Positions 1-13,691 of a stretch of 64,000 nt of DNA are shown in pieces (position 1 is the first letter of the stretch; the number at the start of each line of letters is the position of its first letter). The translations under genes and the position numbers were made by a program. The notes beneath the pieces were generated by a model. It did not search any database. It was given only the letters and a program-made list of their open reading frames with translations, and was not told the DNA's origin. Source of the DNA: Gordius albopunctatus (Eukaryota); assembly GCA_964276515.1 (NCBI GenBank), contig OZ193910.1, forward strand, positions 4,836,001 to 4,900,000, read 5' to 3'.

Positions 1-3000
1 GAAGGTAAGGGACAGATGTCGAGGCAAAAGTTGATGGAAAAGTTGCAAAGTAAATTTTAAACCGTCGTCCATTGAAAATTTTCAATTCCTCATTATATGT
101 GAAAAATATTTTTTCCAATTTTTCAACGTTTAAACATTATGAGGATGTTTGCATAAATACATATGAAATGTAGCTTTCCTGCCTCCGAACATTATGCTGC
201 CGCCTAAACGCTTGCAAAAACTCCTGTCTCAGGCACTGGAATTGCAAAAACAACGCTGCCCCTACCACAACTCGGCCCCCTTTCAAACATCCCTCTCACC
301 CGACCCATCCAACAGCACCGCCATCACTATTAACAATCCATATTTTTCAGGTCATTTATACACACACATACACTCCACGTTTTAGTAACGAATACTCTCC
401 CCTAAAAACACTCGATTTAATCTGGATTACAGTTGACGAACAGTTCCTAAGTTTCGACTCACTCACAAAACGACCCAAATTCTTCTTAGGGCGTGTCTTC
501 TTAATACGCCATTTTGAATCTATTATATGAAAAAAGCGAATGCATGTTAAAACATAGCCGCGTCTTAATACGAACTTCACGCCATTTTCTCATTTTTGCC
601 CTGTGTTTTTTTGGTTGACGAAACAAAAATATTTATCCTTTAATTGTGCTTACTAATGCATAATCACATAGTAACTAAACTTAAATTGTCGATTCCACGA
701 CATGTAAATCGCATATTTGAAATCGTGTCATAACCATTGCGTCGTATAAGTGTTTGCAAAGGCTTTACCTAAGCCAAACTTAGGCACCTCCATATTTGTG
801 TTCTTAAATCTTCCTTTATACTGCACGGTGCCACGACTCTTAATGTTCTCTCTTTAGATTAAAAACCAATAATTGCGGGTACGGACGGGCTTTTGAAGTA
901 AAAAAATTTACAGTTCCGGGCTCGGGGCGGTCAAAAATGGAGCACCGGACTAAAGCCTATTATAAAATAAATGGGGTCCTTGATTTCTTTGAATGCCTAG
1001 GTTTTTAGTGAATGAATGGAGCGTTGTATCAACTTTCATAACTTGTATATATAATTGTCATTTTTCGGCTTTTTAACAATGATAGGATCTCACAAGCACG
1101 ATAACATTGTCTCAACTTCAACTCCGGCCACACCCCACGCCCCATCCAACAACGGCGTGTTCAACGGCAAGAGTAGTTTTGATTTTGAAGGTAATGCTTC
1201 AATACTTCTGTCTAATTCGGACCTTAGTTAAGACTAGTTTGACAATAGAGGGCAGTCAACTAAACTTTAACCATTTTCATGCCAGCTAAAGGAAATCATA
1301 AATTACGTAATTCGCTCCTTCCTCGCTTGCACACCACCAAAGCAGCGTTGTATTAGAATGAATGAAGTCCATTCCCATAAACTGTTTGTCACGCTTGGTC
1401 GTCAGCTTCTTTAGAGACTCATTGGATTAGGGGTGACTCTCGGCTATCCCCCATGTCTGACACCCGTGTTGACGATGTGCAAAAATTTTGCAAGAAAGGG
1501 GGGCGTAAGCGAGTTTAAAGCGCGAGCTCTGGTTTAGAAAACAAAGCCTATATCACTCCCCCCAACCCCCTCCCCCCCTCCATTCATTCATTATTGGCTT
1601 GTGCGCTGCTTCTAATTCAAACATAGCTAGATTTTAGTTCAAAACTCATTAGATCCTTTCTTAGCCATTCTACGGAATCGATGCTGATTCATATCAAAAT
1701 TATTATTTTAATCACCCTCCCGACCATTTATATGATAATTAGGTGATAGATGGGCGATAATCCTTGATATCAACTTTGCATGTTAATTTTTGTTTGATTT
1801 GTAACCTTAGGGTATCCAGATGTGTCGATCAATTCCGGTTACACCGGGAATCCATTAATTCGTGCCCAATCCGCAGCCTCCTCTTCCACTACCTTCAACT
1901 ATTGCTCTCAGCCCTCTTTGCTCATCGATCACCAATGTTCCAGGTTAATTCTATACTTTTGCCTATGGAGGTGGCCAGGAGGGGCAGGGAGGGGTGGCTG
2001 CCCCCCCCCCCCACTAAATCCAAACATTTGTTGAAATTTATTAAAAGTATGGATAAATTTTATAAAATGTTCATTTCGCCCCTGCCTAAATCATTATTTC
2101 CCCCCCCCCTCGCTAATCCCAATGCTGGCTAGGCCCGTGCTTTTGCCCCTTTACTCCTGCCAAATTCATTTTTAACGTTTTAATGCTTGAAAATCGCTTT
2201 AAATCCTCCTGCAAATTGTGAATAAAACTTTGTTCCAAAAATCAAATTTTAAAATCGTAAAACGGGATATTAATAGATTGATAAGGATTTTGAATTGATT
2301 TTCGATCATTTTGCAAATACACATATAAGCTTCACTTTTTTATACGAGTACGAGTCATTAATTTTCTGACGCTTTTGCATTGTGTGTAAAGGGAAACGTT
2401 TCCTCACGAGATCCAACAAGTTTTGAGCGATCACATCGATGAGGTTTGGTTTTGTCGCTTTTCCCACGACGGCGCATACCTCGCCACCGGTTCCAAAGAT
2501 TCCACCGTTGTCATTTGGCACGTCAACATGGTATAAAAATGCCTATGATTATTACTTCATTCCCATTTACCATGTATACCACCTCTTTCCTCTACTAATT
2601 TGTGGTAAACCATCAATATCGTAAAGATGTATTCTTAAAAATACTTAATTCTATTCATTATGAACAATATGCTTCGCGAGGATCCTCTTTGTTTTGCCAA
2701 GTATGGCCCTCATGGGATTCTTTTTTGGTCTATGCTTTAACCAAATTGTTAGTACATTATATTAAGCCTTTTATAACTCTCAGTCTATTGAAATTTTATT
2801 TTATTTAGCGCAGCGTAGCGTTCGCACAGTTTTCCCTAATTTTGCTTATATTTTGAATTTGACCGCTGCTTTTAAAGGAAACTCACCAAATAACCAAGAA
2901 ACACACGCTGCAAGGCCATTCCTACGGCGTGTCCTACCTCTCTTGGAGCCCGGACGACAGCATGCTATTAGCTTGCGGGCCCGACGACTGCCCCGAAGTT

Positions 3001-6000
3001 TGGCTTTGGATTGTTGAAGTACATTTTAATCGCAGGAATTTTTGTAGTGAAGTTGTTGCGGCATTTTACGCCTGCTGAGTTGTTGGATATTGTTAGCCTT
3101 TTAAATGTACAAATTGTTTTGAAACAAAAATTAGTATAGGGAAAATTTTATCTTGATTCCAAAATTTAGAAGTGTTTTTCCTTATAGGTTAATCTTTTTA
3201 GATTTAATGTTACCATGCCATGAATTTTTGGCTGAGAAATTCTTTAAGTTTAATCTTAAATCTGTGTTTTAAGCCTAGAACATGTGTAAGGTATGTTAAT
3301 GTTGTCGTATCCAGTTGTAATGAATGATATTTCCAAAACTACAACTATATGCTATTTTAATTAAAAACCGACTGCGTATGATTTATTTTTTGTGCTGCTT
3401 CAAATATATCTCCCTAAGCAATTTCGCAACCGTTTTATATCTGATTTAAATGGCGAATGATCTGTGATACTTTTTATAAAATGCATTTTATGATGTGTTA
3501 GTCTGGAGAATTACGGGTTAAAATGCGTCATTCCCCTGATGACAGTCTCACCAGCGCCACTTGGCACAAAGACGGAAAAAGATTTGCGACGGGCGGAACT
3601 AGGGGGCAATTTTACCTTTGCGTTAGTGAAATTATTCTTTGAAAAATAAATAATTATCTACAACCTATATACCCTCGAATTTGGCTCATTCAATTTATAT
3701 AACTTGGTTATGAAAAGGCTGATCTTTTAAAATCTCACATTTTGAGTGGGAAATAAAAAAGAAGTATTTGTTTAGTCAGTGACTACTAAAACAAAATATT
3801 TGCTTTCCAATATTTTAAATAATGCCGCGTCAATACTTTCTACCGTTATAATTAAAATGATCTTTTTCCCATGAATTAACCTCAAAATTATCATTTTAAA
3901 GCGTTTTATCTCCAACATAATTTTTGTGACATTTATGTAGGATATAAACGGAAACATTCTGGAATCTTGGGAGGGCGTACGGGTTCAGTGTATATGGGCA
4001 CTTCACGACAACAAAACCATTTTGGCGTCGGATACGCACCACCGCATCAGGGCATACAACTTCGAAGACCTCAAAGATAAAACTTTGTAATTCAACATAT
4101 AGCTTGATACTTTCACATCTGTGTGTGTGTGTGTTTTGCTGACATCCATTAGGTATTTATTATTTTATTTTTCCTAAGAGCACGAACCTAGATAGTATGG
4201 GATTTGGTTTCTCCAAGATCCTCATTAACCTTCCTAAATAGGTTTTACCCATAATTAAGCAAAGTTTAAGTTTTATCATTTATTTTAAATCCATTATAGG
4301 CTAACTATTTTTATTTTAACTATATTCCTATTTTGCCCATATTAACTTTAATCGGCTCAAATAGTTAGCCGCGCCAACCTGATACTCAATTTCATCGGGC
4401 AAAGCTTTTAGTTATAATTGTCGATTTACAAATACTATTTGGCCTTAATTCAAATATTAGTCTCTATTGTAATTTAAATAGTTTTATATTTTAAAAGCTT
4501 TTAAGCTTTTGTAATATAGTCAACTGCTTAAATTCTTATGTGGGACTGACTTTTTTGCACCCTAGCTCTATTACTTTTCAAGCAAACTTGTTCAATTATA
4601 GCTTATTCCTTTGTTTTTTAAACCTGTATTCTTGTATTATGTACATGAAATATTTCCTAACCAATTATTCATATTTGATTAGAAACTATTTATTTGCCTT
4701 GTTGATTTCCCCAAAATTATTTTGTTTTACTATTTGGGTGTTTAGAATTCAGGAAGATCACCCCATCATGTCTTTCATATGCAGCGACGATGACAGACTC
4801 GCCTTGCTCAACGTAGCCACTCAAGTAATATCCGCCGTCTCTCTCGATCTCTCTATTTAAGGCTTAAGCTGATATTATAATTATTGTATGTATCATAATA
4901 GAAATATAAGCGCCTAGTCAATACCATTATAAACGTTTTCCTAACCATCTTTAAGTGATGATTAAATATGGAAATAAACATTGGGAATACCTTTTAAAAG
5001 AGGTTGTGATTAGTCTATTAGTTTATGATACATTGAAGTTAAGTTAAAATGAGCTTTCGTGTAATATCACTTCAAATTTATTAAATTTTTAATTATTATC
5101 ATGTCACTGGGAATAGGGAGTTCACCTTTGGGATCTCGAAGACAAGATTTTAATTAAGAAGTTTCAGGGCGTAACTCAAGGTTTTTACACCATCCACTCG
5201 TGTTTCGGGGGCGCCAACATGGATTTCATCTCGAGCGGGAGCGAGGGTAATGACCACTCTTAACACTCATTTACCTATTTATGTAAAGGCTATGGAATAT
5301 TGGCTACCTATTTTGAATCACAAAATGGTTTATCAAGTTTTTCTCTATTCTTTAATTTATTGTATTGCGATTCTATGATTAAACAGAGGAATTTTTAGGA
5401 ATATACCCTAAGTGCTTTCTATAACCGATTTTAGCTTAGTCTTCATAGACGAAAGATTTAAGTCAAATCTCATTAATAACGGTTGAAATCATTGCACTTT
5501 TTGTAATTATAAAAATGTGTGAAATTTATTTTGATTACAAGGATTTATATATATTAACTTGACAAGCCAATTTATCCCCTTAGCGTTGTCACGGTTTATT
5601 CATAAGTTTGCAAGCGAGAAAATTGCTGTACTGTTATGATTCTATTCGATTAAATCCCTTTAAAATACTAAAGACTCGTTTGACGTCCCGCATATTTATT
5701 TAAACTTCCATTTAAATTCATCCCTTAGCTATATCGAATATAATTTAGCTTAAGGAAAGGCATAACATTTCACCTCAAGGAATAGTTCGACATTTTTTTC
5801 AGAAAATATCAGTTGTAAAATATAGTAATTTCGAAAGTTTTAAAATTGACATTCATCAGGAGAACCATAATTACTTGCAAATTTATCGGTGGTTATGTTA
5901 ATGAGATGAAAACACTTTGATTCTGTTTATATGAAAGCATTGTATATAGACAACAAGGTTTACATATGGCACCTGTCGAAGGAAAAGCCGATAGCTTGTT

Positions 6001-6334
6001 TGATCGGGCACACTAGGACGGTCAATTGCGTGGCTTGGAACCCGGTATTGCAAAATATGGTAGCGAGCGCTTCTGACGATAGCACCATTCGTGTTTGGGG
6101 TCCGTCCGAACCCTATCGCGTTTACAGGGGTACATACCTTCGATTAACAACACATTTTCAGCTAGAATTTGGGCTTAAGTTACCTTTCCTGTCTATTAAT
6201 GTTGGAGTATTGTAGAAACTTGCTCTATTTTCCTGTGATATAAGAAAAGGGGGCATAATTCTATATGTTTTATTCATTTTCTTACCGATATTTTAATGTA
6301 GTTTTCGTTTATTGTAGAAAGAGGCGATCCTTAA
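1..6334 (+). CDS. WDR26: WD repeat-containing protein 26 (CTLH/GID complex subunit), 5'-partial. Exons approx. <1-49, 174-350, 1811-1943, 2392-2530, 2878-3018, 3502-3621, 3941-4086, 4746-4824, 5117-5246, 5950-6129, 6318-6334
   Basis: Spliced translation gives [94 protein letters not shown] and [19 protein letters not shown], matching WDR26 motifs. GT-AG junctions are in consistent phase. Candidate AATAAA at 7107-7112. Confidence 0.95.
1964..2139. mobile_element. hAT-type MITE (CATGGGCGTAGCCAG-like TIR family) in a WDR26 intron
   Basis: Degenerate TIRs, internal G/C homopolymer tracts, perfect 8-bp TSD CTTTTGCC (1956-1963 / 2140-2147). Confidence 0.75.
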
Positions 6335-8301
6335 AAGGCAAACCAGGCGAATGAACATCTATATATTCTTAGTCACACCCTCACAACTTATTTGTTAAAA
6401 CTTCATATATCTCTCTTACTATTTATAACCCTCAATTCTTTTAACGAGTAAATTTGGATAGCCACGGTCCTCTAAAATTTCATTAGACCCACCTCAGAGC
6501 GCGTATGGCATCCATCTGTATCAGCTTCGTCATTTCGTAGTGTACAGCTTAGTTTGTCCCCCTCTTTAACTACTTGGCTCGATATGTGCTAGGGATTTAT
6601 TTGGTTATATGGTACATGTGAGGTGTGCGCCCAGTTCAAAATTTTCGAGGATTCAACGAATTATAAATAACTGGCGCAACTATAGCTTATAAATGAACAC
6701 CTCTCTCCTTTTTTGATAGTCTCTTTCTCTCCTCCCTCTTGTTTCAATCGTATGACTGCGAGTTTATTTTGTGAATCAGGGGCAATTGTCACCTCTAATG
6801 ATGTGAATGAATGATGAATTTGATGGAAATGAGTAACATTCTGTAATAACTATATTCCGTTTCTTTTGAAATGTGTCGTTTTTACTGGCTTATCTCTGAT
6901 GACATAAATATATCAAGACAGCACTCACCTCTCTCTCTCTTCGCGCACCTTTAAATCCTCTTAGTTTGCCCCCCCCCCTTTTTTTTCTTTTCACACAATT
7001 TTCATTCATTCACCACCGTTGATGATTATTATTTAATATATTAATTTTTTTCGATGTTTGTATAATGATTTACAACGTGTTACCACCAATCAAAAAATTA
7101 TACCTTAATAAAGTGTATTCCATTTTACTTGTGTGTAATTATTGCCGTATTTTTACTTTAGTTGGGATGCTTAAGTATATTCCATATTTTGTTTGTCAAG
7201 TCAATTTAGTGTTTATTTATGTTAGAATCTGACGCAAAAGAACTTTAACCTTACCGTTTATTATTTTTTATTTGACTCAAAAAACATTGAATTATAATCT
7301 ATCTTATAAAATATATAGGTTTAAACAGCACACTGTGTGCCTGCTACTCGGTGCACGAGGCAGTAAAGTGGCATATAAAAATGCTTGAGAGGCAGAGTTG
7401 AACCAGCAAAACCTGTTCAAGCATTGAGCAGATTGCCCGAGCAGAAACTCGATCAGATAGCAGATTTATTAGAAGCAGGCGCGCGTAGCCAGTATTTTCT
7501 CTGCGGGGGGGGGGGAATTTCCAAAAATTGTTCATAACTTTTTTATTTCAACATCAAAATTATAAAATCTGATATAAAACATAAAGAAAGTAATTATAAA
7601 TAATTTTCTTTTTCCCAGCGTCATCTGGTGATGGCAATTTCAGAGCTCTCTTAAGGTAACGTGCTACTACTTAAGTCCTCACTTTCAAAATGAGGTTATA
7701 TCAATTTGAAGGACCTAATTGGTGTGCTCGATATATTGATTGACTCTTCTACATTAACAATAAAAGAAGATTTTTTACAGTTTGTTCCAGTTTGTACGAC
7801 TATAAGAGGGCTAGGCGACTTAATTATAAAGAGCATAAAAGATCTCAATATAAATTTGTTAAGAGGCCAGGGATATGATGGAGCCAACCATATGAGTTGA
7901 AATGTTGTCAGAAATGGAAGATAAACCAAATAAGGAGAAATTGAAGCAAGCTGGTATGATCACGATGTTGCAACAGAAGTTGCAACTTTAAAGCACCTAG
8001 ATCTTTAGCAAGTTAGACAGTTAGCAGAAACTTTAGTAATAGTATAGTTGTATGATTTTGAACTTAGAAACCTCGATATGAAAATAAAAAGAACATTTTT
8101 TGGAGAAGAAACAAGTTTTGGCAAATTTTTAAATAATATTACCTCTGAATTCTCTGATTGTTTTGCCAGAAACGCGAATGAAAATAAATTATAGAAGGAT
8201 TTCGTCCAAAGAATCCCTTGGACGCCCTATCAGATATAAAATATTTTAATCTTTGCCCAACATCACAACTCTTCTTTACCTATTAGTATTTATATTAGAA
8301 A

Positions 8302-11300
8302 TCTTCTTCTTCTTTATCAGTTATTTGTTCCCACATTGGTGGGGTTTGTTTTGATGAGTCTCTTCCATCTTGACCGGGTTAGTGCCATGTCTTGAAGAAT
8401 CTCTTTAGTTTCCATAACTTTATCGACTTGCCCTTTCCACGTCACACGGGGTCGTCCTCTTCCTCTCTTCCCCGGTATTTTCATGTCTAGTACTTTTCGA
8501 TTTACGTCATCCGGGTCCCTTCTTAGTATATGCCCATACCACCTTAGCCGATTTTCGTTAATCATCTCCGCCATAGGTTGAATACCCATTTTTGTCATGA
8601 GAAAGTCATTCGTCATATGGTCGAGCTTAGTATACCCCAAGCTCCACCGTATCATTCTCATCTCCGTGGCTTGTAATAGCTTTCCTTCCGTGGTGTTTAA
8701 TGCCCATGTTTCACTTCCATAGAGTAACACCGGTCTTACGATGGATTTGTAAGCTTTGCTCTTCAACCATATTGGCATTTTATTGTCGCACATTACACCG
8801 GATATACTTCGCCATTTAAGCCATACTTTTTGAATCCGGGCATTGATTTCAGTTGCGCAACCTCCCTCTTGATGTAGCATAGAGCCGAGGTAATTAAACC
8901 TGTCTACTTTTGGGTACTTTAGGTGGTCATCCAGCGATGGGGTGCTTGTACCGTTCATTTCCATGTATACCGTTTTTTGATCGTTGACCTTTAAACCATA
9001 TCCAGCTAAGCGCTTTGACCACTTTTCTGCTTCTTCGAATACCTTCTCCCTTGTTTCCTCGCATATTACTATATCATCGGCATATAGCATACACCATGGC
9101 GATGGCTTTTGAAAGTCCCTCGTTATCGTGTCTATAATTATATTAAATAAAAAGGGACTTAAAGCAGAGCCTTGATGTAATCCAATATTAACCCGAAAAG
9201 GTTTAGAGTCTCCAACTGTCGTCCTAACGCAAGAGTTTGAGGCTTCATAGATATTTTTCATAAGCCGTATATATGCGTCAGGGATATTTTGTTTCCTCAG
9301 GCACCACCATATTAAATCGCGGGGGACCGTCTCATAAGCTTTCTCCAAGTCGATAAAAACCATATGTAGGTCTTTCCTCTTTTCACCATACTTATCCATC
9401 ATTTGTCTTAGGGCGAAGATTGGGTCGATTGTGGATTTGCCGGCCACGAATCCGAATTGATTAGCCGATATTTCCAACCTCTTTTTTCAGCCTTGTTACT
9501 ATGATCCTTTCCAAAAGCTTCAAGGAGTGGCAAGTTAGCTTGATACCTCTGTAATTGCCGCAGTCCTGAGGGTCTCCTTTTCCTTTGAATAAGGGTATAA
9601 TCGTGCTTGCTCTCCATTGATTAGGGATTCGCTCTTCTACCAATATCTTGTTAAGGAGGTTCGTCATGGTGGTGACTCCTTCTTCACGACATCCGAGCAA
9701 TGCTTCCATAGGTATTCCATCTGGGCCATTTGCTTTTCCTTTTTGCATCTTGTTCATTTGTGTCCTAACTTCATCCTTCTGAAAGAGTTCGACCATACTT
9801 ATATTTGGCTCAATTTCGGGAAGCGAATCCTTGTCATTTGCAATATTCATAAGTTTCCTTAAATATCCTTTCCACCTTTCCATCACTTCCTTCGGCTTGA
9901 ATAAGGTTTGACCCTTCTCGCTTTTGACTATTTTAAGAACTCCGACATCTTGACTTTTCTTCTCCCTTATCTTGGCCAATTTGTACATAAGCCTATCGCC
10001 TCCTTTATGATCCAGTTTGTTTGCCATCTCGGTGTACGCAGCATTCTTCGCTTTTGCAACGGCCTTTTTTGCGGCCCTCTTTGCGTCCCTGTACTCTTGA
10101 TAATCCTCCGACATTTTTGATTTATGCCACCATCTATATAGATTTTTCTTTATTTCGATGAAATCTTTAACCGATTGATCCCACCACCATAGTTCCCTAT
10201 TCATAGCTTTGCCTCCTTTGGTCTGTCCTAGAACACGAATCGCTGTTTCCTTAATGTCCTTAGATAGCGTTTCCCAATCTTCGTCTACGTCCCTTTGCAA
10301 CTTCCTTGCACCCAAGAGTGAGGAGGCTTTTTGATGGTATTCTTCGTTCGTCGACGTATTCTTTAGCCTTTCGTATCGAATTCGAGGTTCATATACCTTT
10401 CTTCTTTCGGGAAATACTCTTCTGTCAAGATCCATAACAAGTGGACGATGTTGCCTGGCGATTTCTTCTACCGGTATTACTTTGCAATCTTTGATACTCC
10501 ATAAGTCCTTTCGCCGTATAAGCAAATAGTCGATTTGACTAAAATGCTTCCCACTTCTATAGGTCACAATATGATCTTCGCGCTTTTGAAAATAGGTGTT
10601 AACGATCGCCATGTCATATGCTTGGGATACTTGGAGAAGTTTTTCCCCTTCTTTGTTCTTCAGACCATGCCCATAGCCTCCATGATTGCGTTCATACCCG
10701 AGGCGATCTTTCCCTGCGTGAGCGTTGAAATCGGCCCCAATAATTAGCCTTTCTTCCTGTCGGATTCCTTGTATTTCCTTTTCCAATGATTCGAAGAATA
10801 TGTCTTTCTCTGATTCCGAACACCCAATTTGGGGAGCATACGCGCACATAACGGTTAGGAGGCCCTCTTGATCCGCAATCTTCACCCACATTAGCCTGTC
10901 GGAACAACGTTTGACTTCCACCACCTTGTCCTTGAACGATTCGCTTAGAACAATACCGACCCCGTTTCTACGATTTGGTGACCCACTGTAGAAAAGCTTG
11001 TATCCTTCTCCTAATTCCCGAGCTTTCGTTCCGTTCCACCTCGTCTCTTGTAGGCAGGCGATGTTTACCTTTCTTCTTTTTAACATCTGTGCGACCTCGA
11101 TGCTCTTCCCCGTCAACGTTCCCACATTCCAGCACGAAATTCGCATTCTTTCCACAACTAGTTTCCTTAACCGCCTTCGTTGTGAGTTGGGCAGTAACCC
11201 TAGTGTATTTTTCACATTGCACGGGCGGGGTATGCAGTGCGCGTCGTTTGTGGAGGACGCCCTAGCCTTTTCTTGTAAAATCTCGTTTGAAACTATCATA

Positions 11301-11392
11301 AATTCTGGAGTTAATTTTTATAGCCGGTTTCCGACCTGACGCCAACCCTCCACTTTTTGCACACGGACTTGGGACCGTCGTAGGTAGTGTTT
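8302..11392 (-). mobile_element. Near full-length RTE-clade non-LTR retrotransposon (APE endonuclease + RT), single ORF broken by one frameshift at ~9476-9487
   Basis: ORFs 9461-11299 (WNVGTL, CLQETRW, GADFNAH, SQIDYLL, NYRGIKL) and 8317-9477 (QFGF, FIDLEKAY, GLHQGSALSPFLF, LYADD, RLRWYGH..R, RGRGRP). (GAA)n 3' tail near 8302-8313. Approx. 14-bp TSD ATTTCT[T/A]ATATAAA (minus sense) at both ends. Confidence 0.95.
11341..11392 (-). ncRNA. Twister ribozyme core (3' cleavage product) at the RTE 5' end
   Basis: Minus strand reads AACACUACCUACGACGGUCCCAAGUCCGUGUGCAAAAAGUGGAGGGUUGGC. This is colinear with the P1-type twister pattern (U|AACACUGCC..CCGGUCCCAAGCCCGG..AGUGGAGGG), with compensatory changes. 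Confidence 0.85.
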
Positions 11393-12588
11393 TTTATATA
11401 AGAAATACTATGTCAAAAAATAGATGAAATGGATTGGCCCTTTTTTATACCAATTTTATTTCAACATTAAAATTAAATAAAGAAAGTCATTATAAAATAA
11501 TTTTATATTTTCTTTTTCCCAGCGAAAATATCTCAAGAACTTCATCTGGTGTGGGGGCTAATTCCCGATGAATCGGTAAAAGGGCCAATCCATTTAATAT
11601 ACGTTTTAAGCCTCCTCAACGTTGAGAAACTTCTTTCATTGGTGCATGAAGTGACGATGATACAATTAAAGACTTCTAAGGAAATAATATTTGGAAATTT
11701 GGCAAAACTTGTTTCTTGTTCAAAAACCGTTCATTGAGTTGTATAATGAACATATCGAGCAAAGGTATAAAAATAGTGATTTTTTAATAATCCTCAATGG
11801 ATTCAGTTAAAATATTGCTTCGACAAGTTTTTTTCTTTGCATATCGAGGTTTCTTAAGGTCAAAATTAAACAAATTAGCCTTAGCTTCGACTACTAAAAA
11901 AATTTCCCGAAACTCTTCAGCTTCGGCTAACTGTGTGACTTGCTGAAGATCTAGGTCATTTTTTGCAATTGCTTGCATAATATGGACGTATAGCCAAAGA
12001 GTTTATTTAGGCATAGAAGGGAAATAAATTCACATTGTCGTAATGCAGTGAGCAAAGTTGCAGCTTATTTTGCAACATCGTGATCATACCATGTAGATAT
12101 CTTTTCCAATGCTGGATATATGGCATCTTGAAGCAAAATGTATGTGGAAACAGCTTCGTGCCGTGATGCCCAACGCACTTCAATTTCTCCTTATTTGGTT
12201 TATCTTCCATTTCTGACAACATTTCAATTAAAACTTCATGACGTTTAGAATATTTAAACAAATCATATACTTTGGAAACAATACCCATGAAATTCCGTAT
12301 AGTAGGAAGGGTACAGCTACAGGCATCTGAAAGTGCCAAATTAAATGAATACGAAGCACAATGTACATACAATGCCGTTGGGTATGTTTTCAAAATATAG
12401 GCCTGGACGCCGTTGAATTTTCCACTCATATTTCTGGCCCCATCATATCCCTGACCTCTTAACAAATTTATCCTTATATTGAGATTTTTTATGCTCTTTA
12501 TAATTAAGTCGCCTAGCCCCCTTCCAGTCGTATCACAAACTGGCACAAACTGTAAAAAATCTTCTTTTATTGTTAATGTAGAAGAGTC

Positions 12589-13691
12589 TTTCGGGATTGT
12601 TTTATTAAATATCAAAATACAAGAGCAAGTGTCTTTTGAGAATAATAAGTGCGTTTATATAATCGCGCATTAATTGAATAAACAATTAAATTTAGTGTTG
12701 TCTCCGCGAGGTATAAATAAATCAATTTAGTGGTGTCTCCGCCAGGTATGCTTGATTGGTCAATTAACGTCGTGAAGTAGTAAGGTAATGTAAATGAGAC
12801 AATTAAGTCAATTGACGCAACAAATAGTCTCCTTCGTAGACGTGGAGCGTTACTTAAAATTGAAAAAAAATTTTATTTTGGTTGATGTAAAGTATGTGTA
12901 AAGGATGTTCGTACTACCAGCCAGTTTTGTCTCCGCCTACCGTGGTTGTTAGTGAGGTGACCGAGGTGTGAGTTGCGTGTATGTTGTTGTGATGCTATCC
13001 AATATATTAATAAGATCCATGCCGCGGGCAGAGGTATCTATAGTGGAATTGCAATCGGTCATCAACTAAACCGGTAAGCGATGGTGAGAACGTTGGTAGT
13101 AGGTGTCATTGTTTTGCCGAACGTAGTCTTTGCTCGTTGCAAGAGGCCATGTAGTGTTGATGTTGAGATGGGTTTTGTGATTAGGGCCATGCGCAGCAGT
13201 GGACGGGCGTTCGGCAGACGTTGTTGTTATCTATGTAGAGGTGTAGTAGAACATCATGTTTTTCTTCGTAGAAACACACAGGTAGGTAGGCAACTTGTCA
13301 CAGCAGTCGGACACGTATTGCTAGAGGTGTTAAGAGGTTGAAGTTTTGTTGCAGCTCGATCGTGGATGCTGGATTGCCAAAAATAGTGCCTAATATGGGC
13401 GTATTCAGGGGGAGTTTTTAAAAAAAAATATATGGCTCCCCCGAACGGGGTCACCAAGTTCGGGATTGTTTTATTAAATATCAAAATACAAGAGCAAGTG
13501 TCTTTTGAGAATAATAAGTGCGTTTATATAATCGCGCATTAATTGAATAAACAATTAAATTTAGTGTTGTCTCCGCGAGGTATAAATAAATCAATTTAGT
13601 GGTGTCTCCGCCAGGTATGCTTGATTGGTCAATTAACGTCGTGAAGTAGTAAGGTAATGTAAATGAGACAATTAAGTCAATTGACGCAACA
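12589..13691 (-). mobile_element. Non-autonomous miniature LTR retroelement (TRIM-like) inserted in the hAT transposase
   Basis: Two ~232-bp direct repeats (12590-12822, 13459-13691) that look identical by eye and start TGT on the minus strand. PBS TGGTGACCCCG (13446-13456), complementary to the tRNA-Trp 3' end. Short purine tract GAAGGAGA before the 3' LTR. The ~636-bp interior has no recognisable ORF. The uninterrupted site is visible in the paralogous copy at ~7730-7760. Confidence 0.85.

Noticed and set aside
9617..11339. Several plus-strand ORFs of 70-113 aa
   Set aside because: Antisense shadows of the RTE coding sequence.
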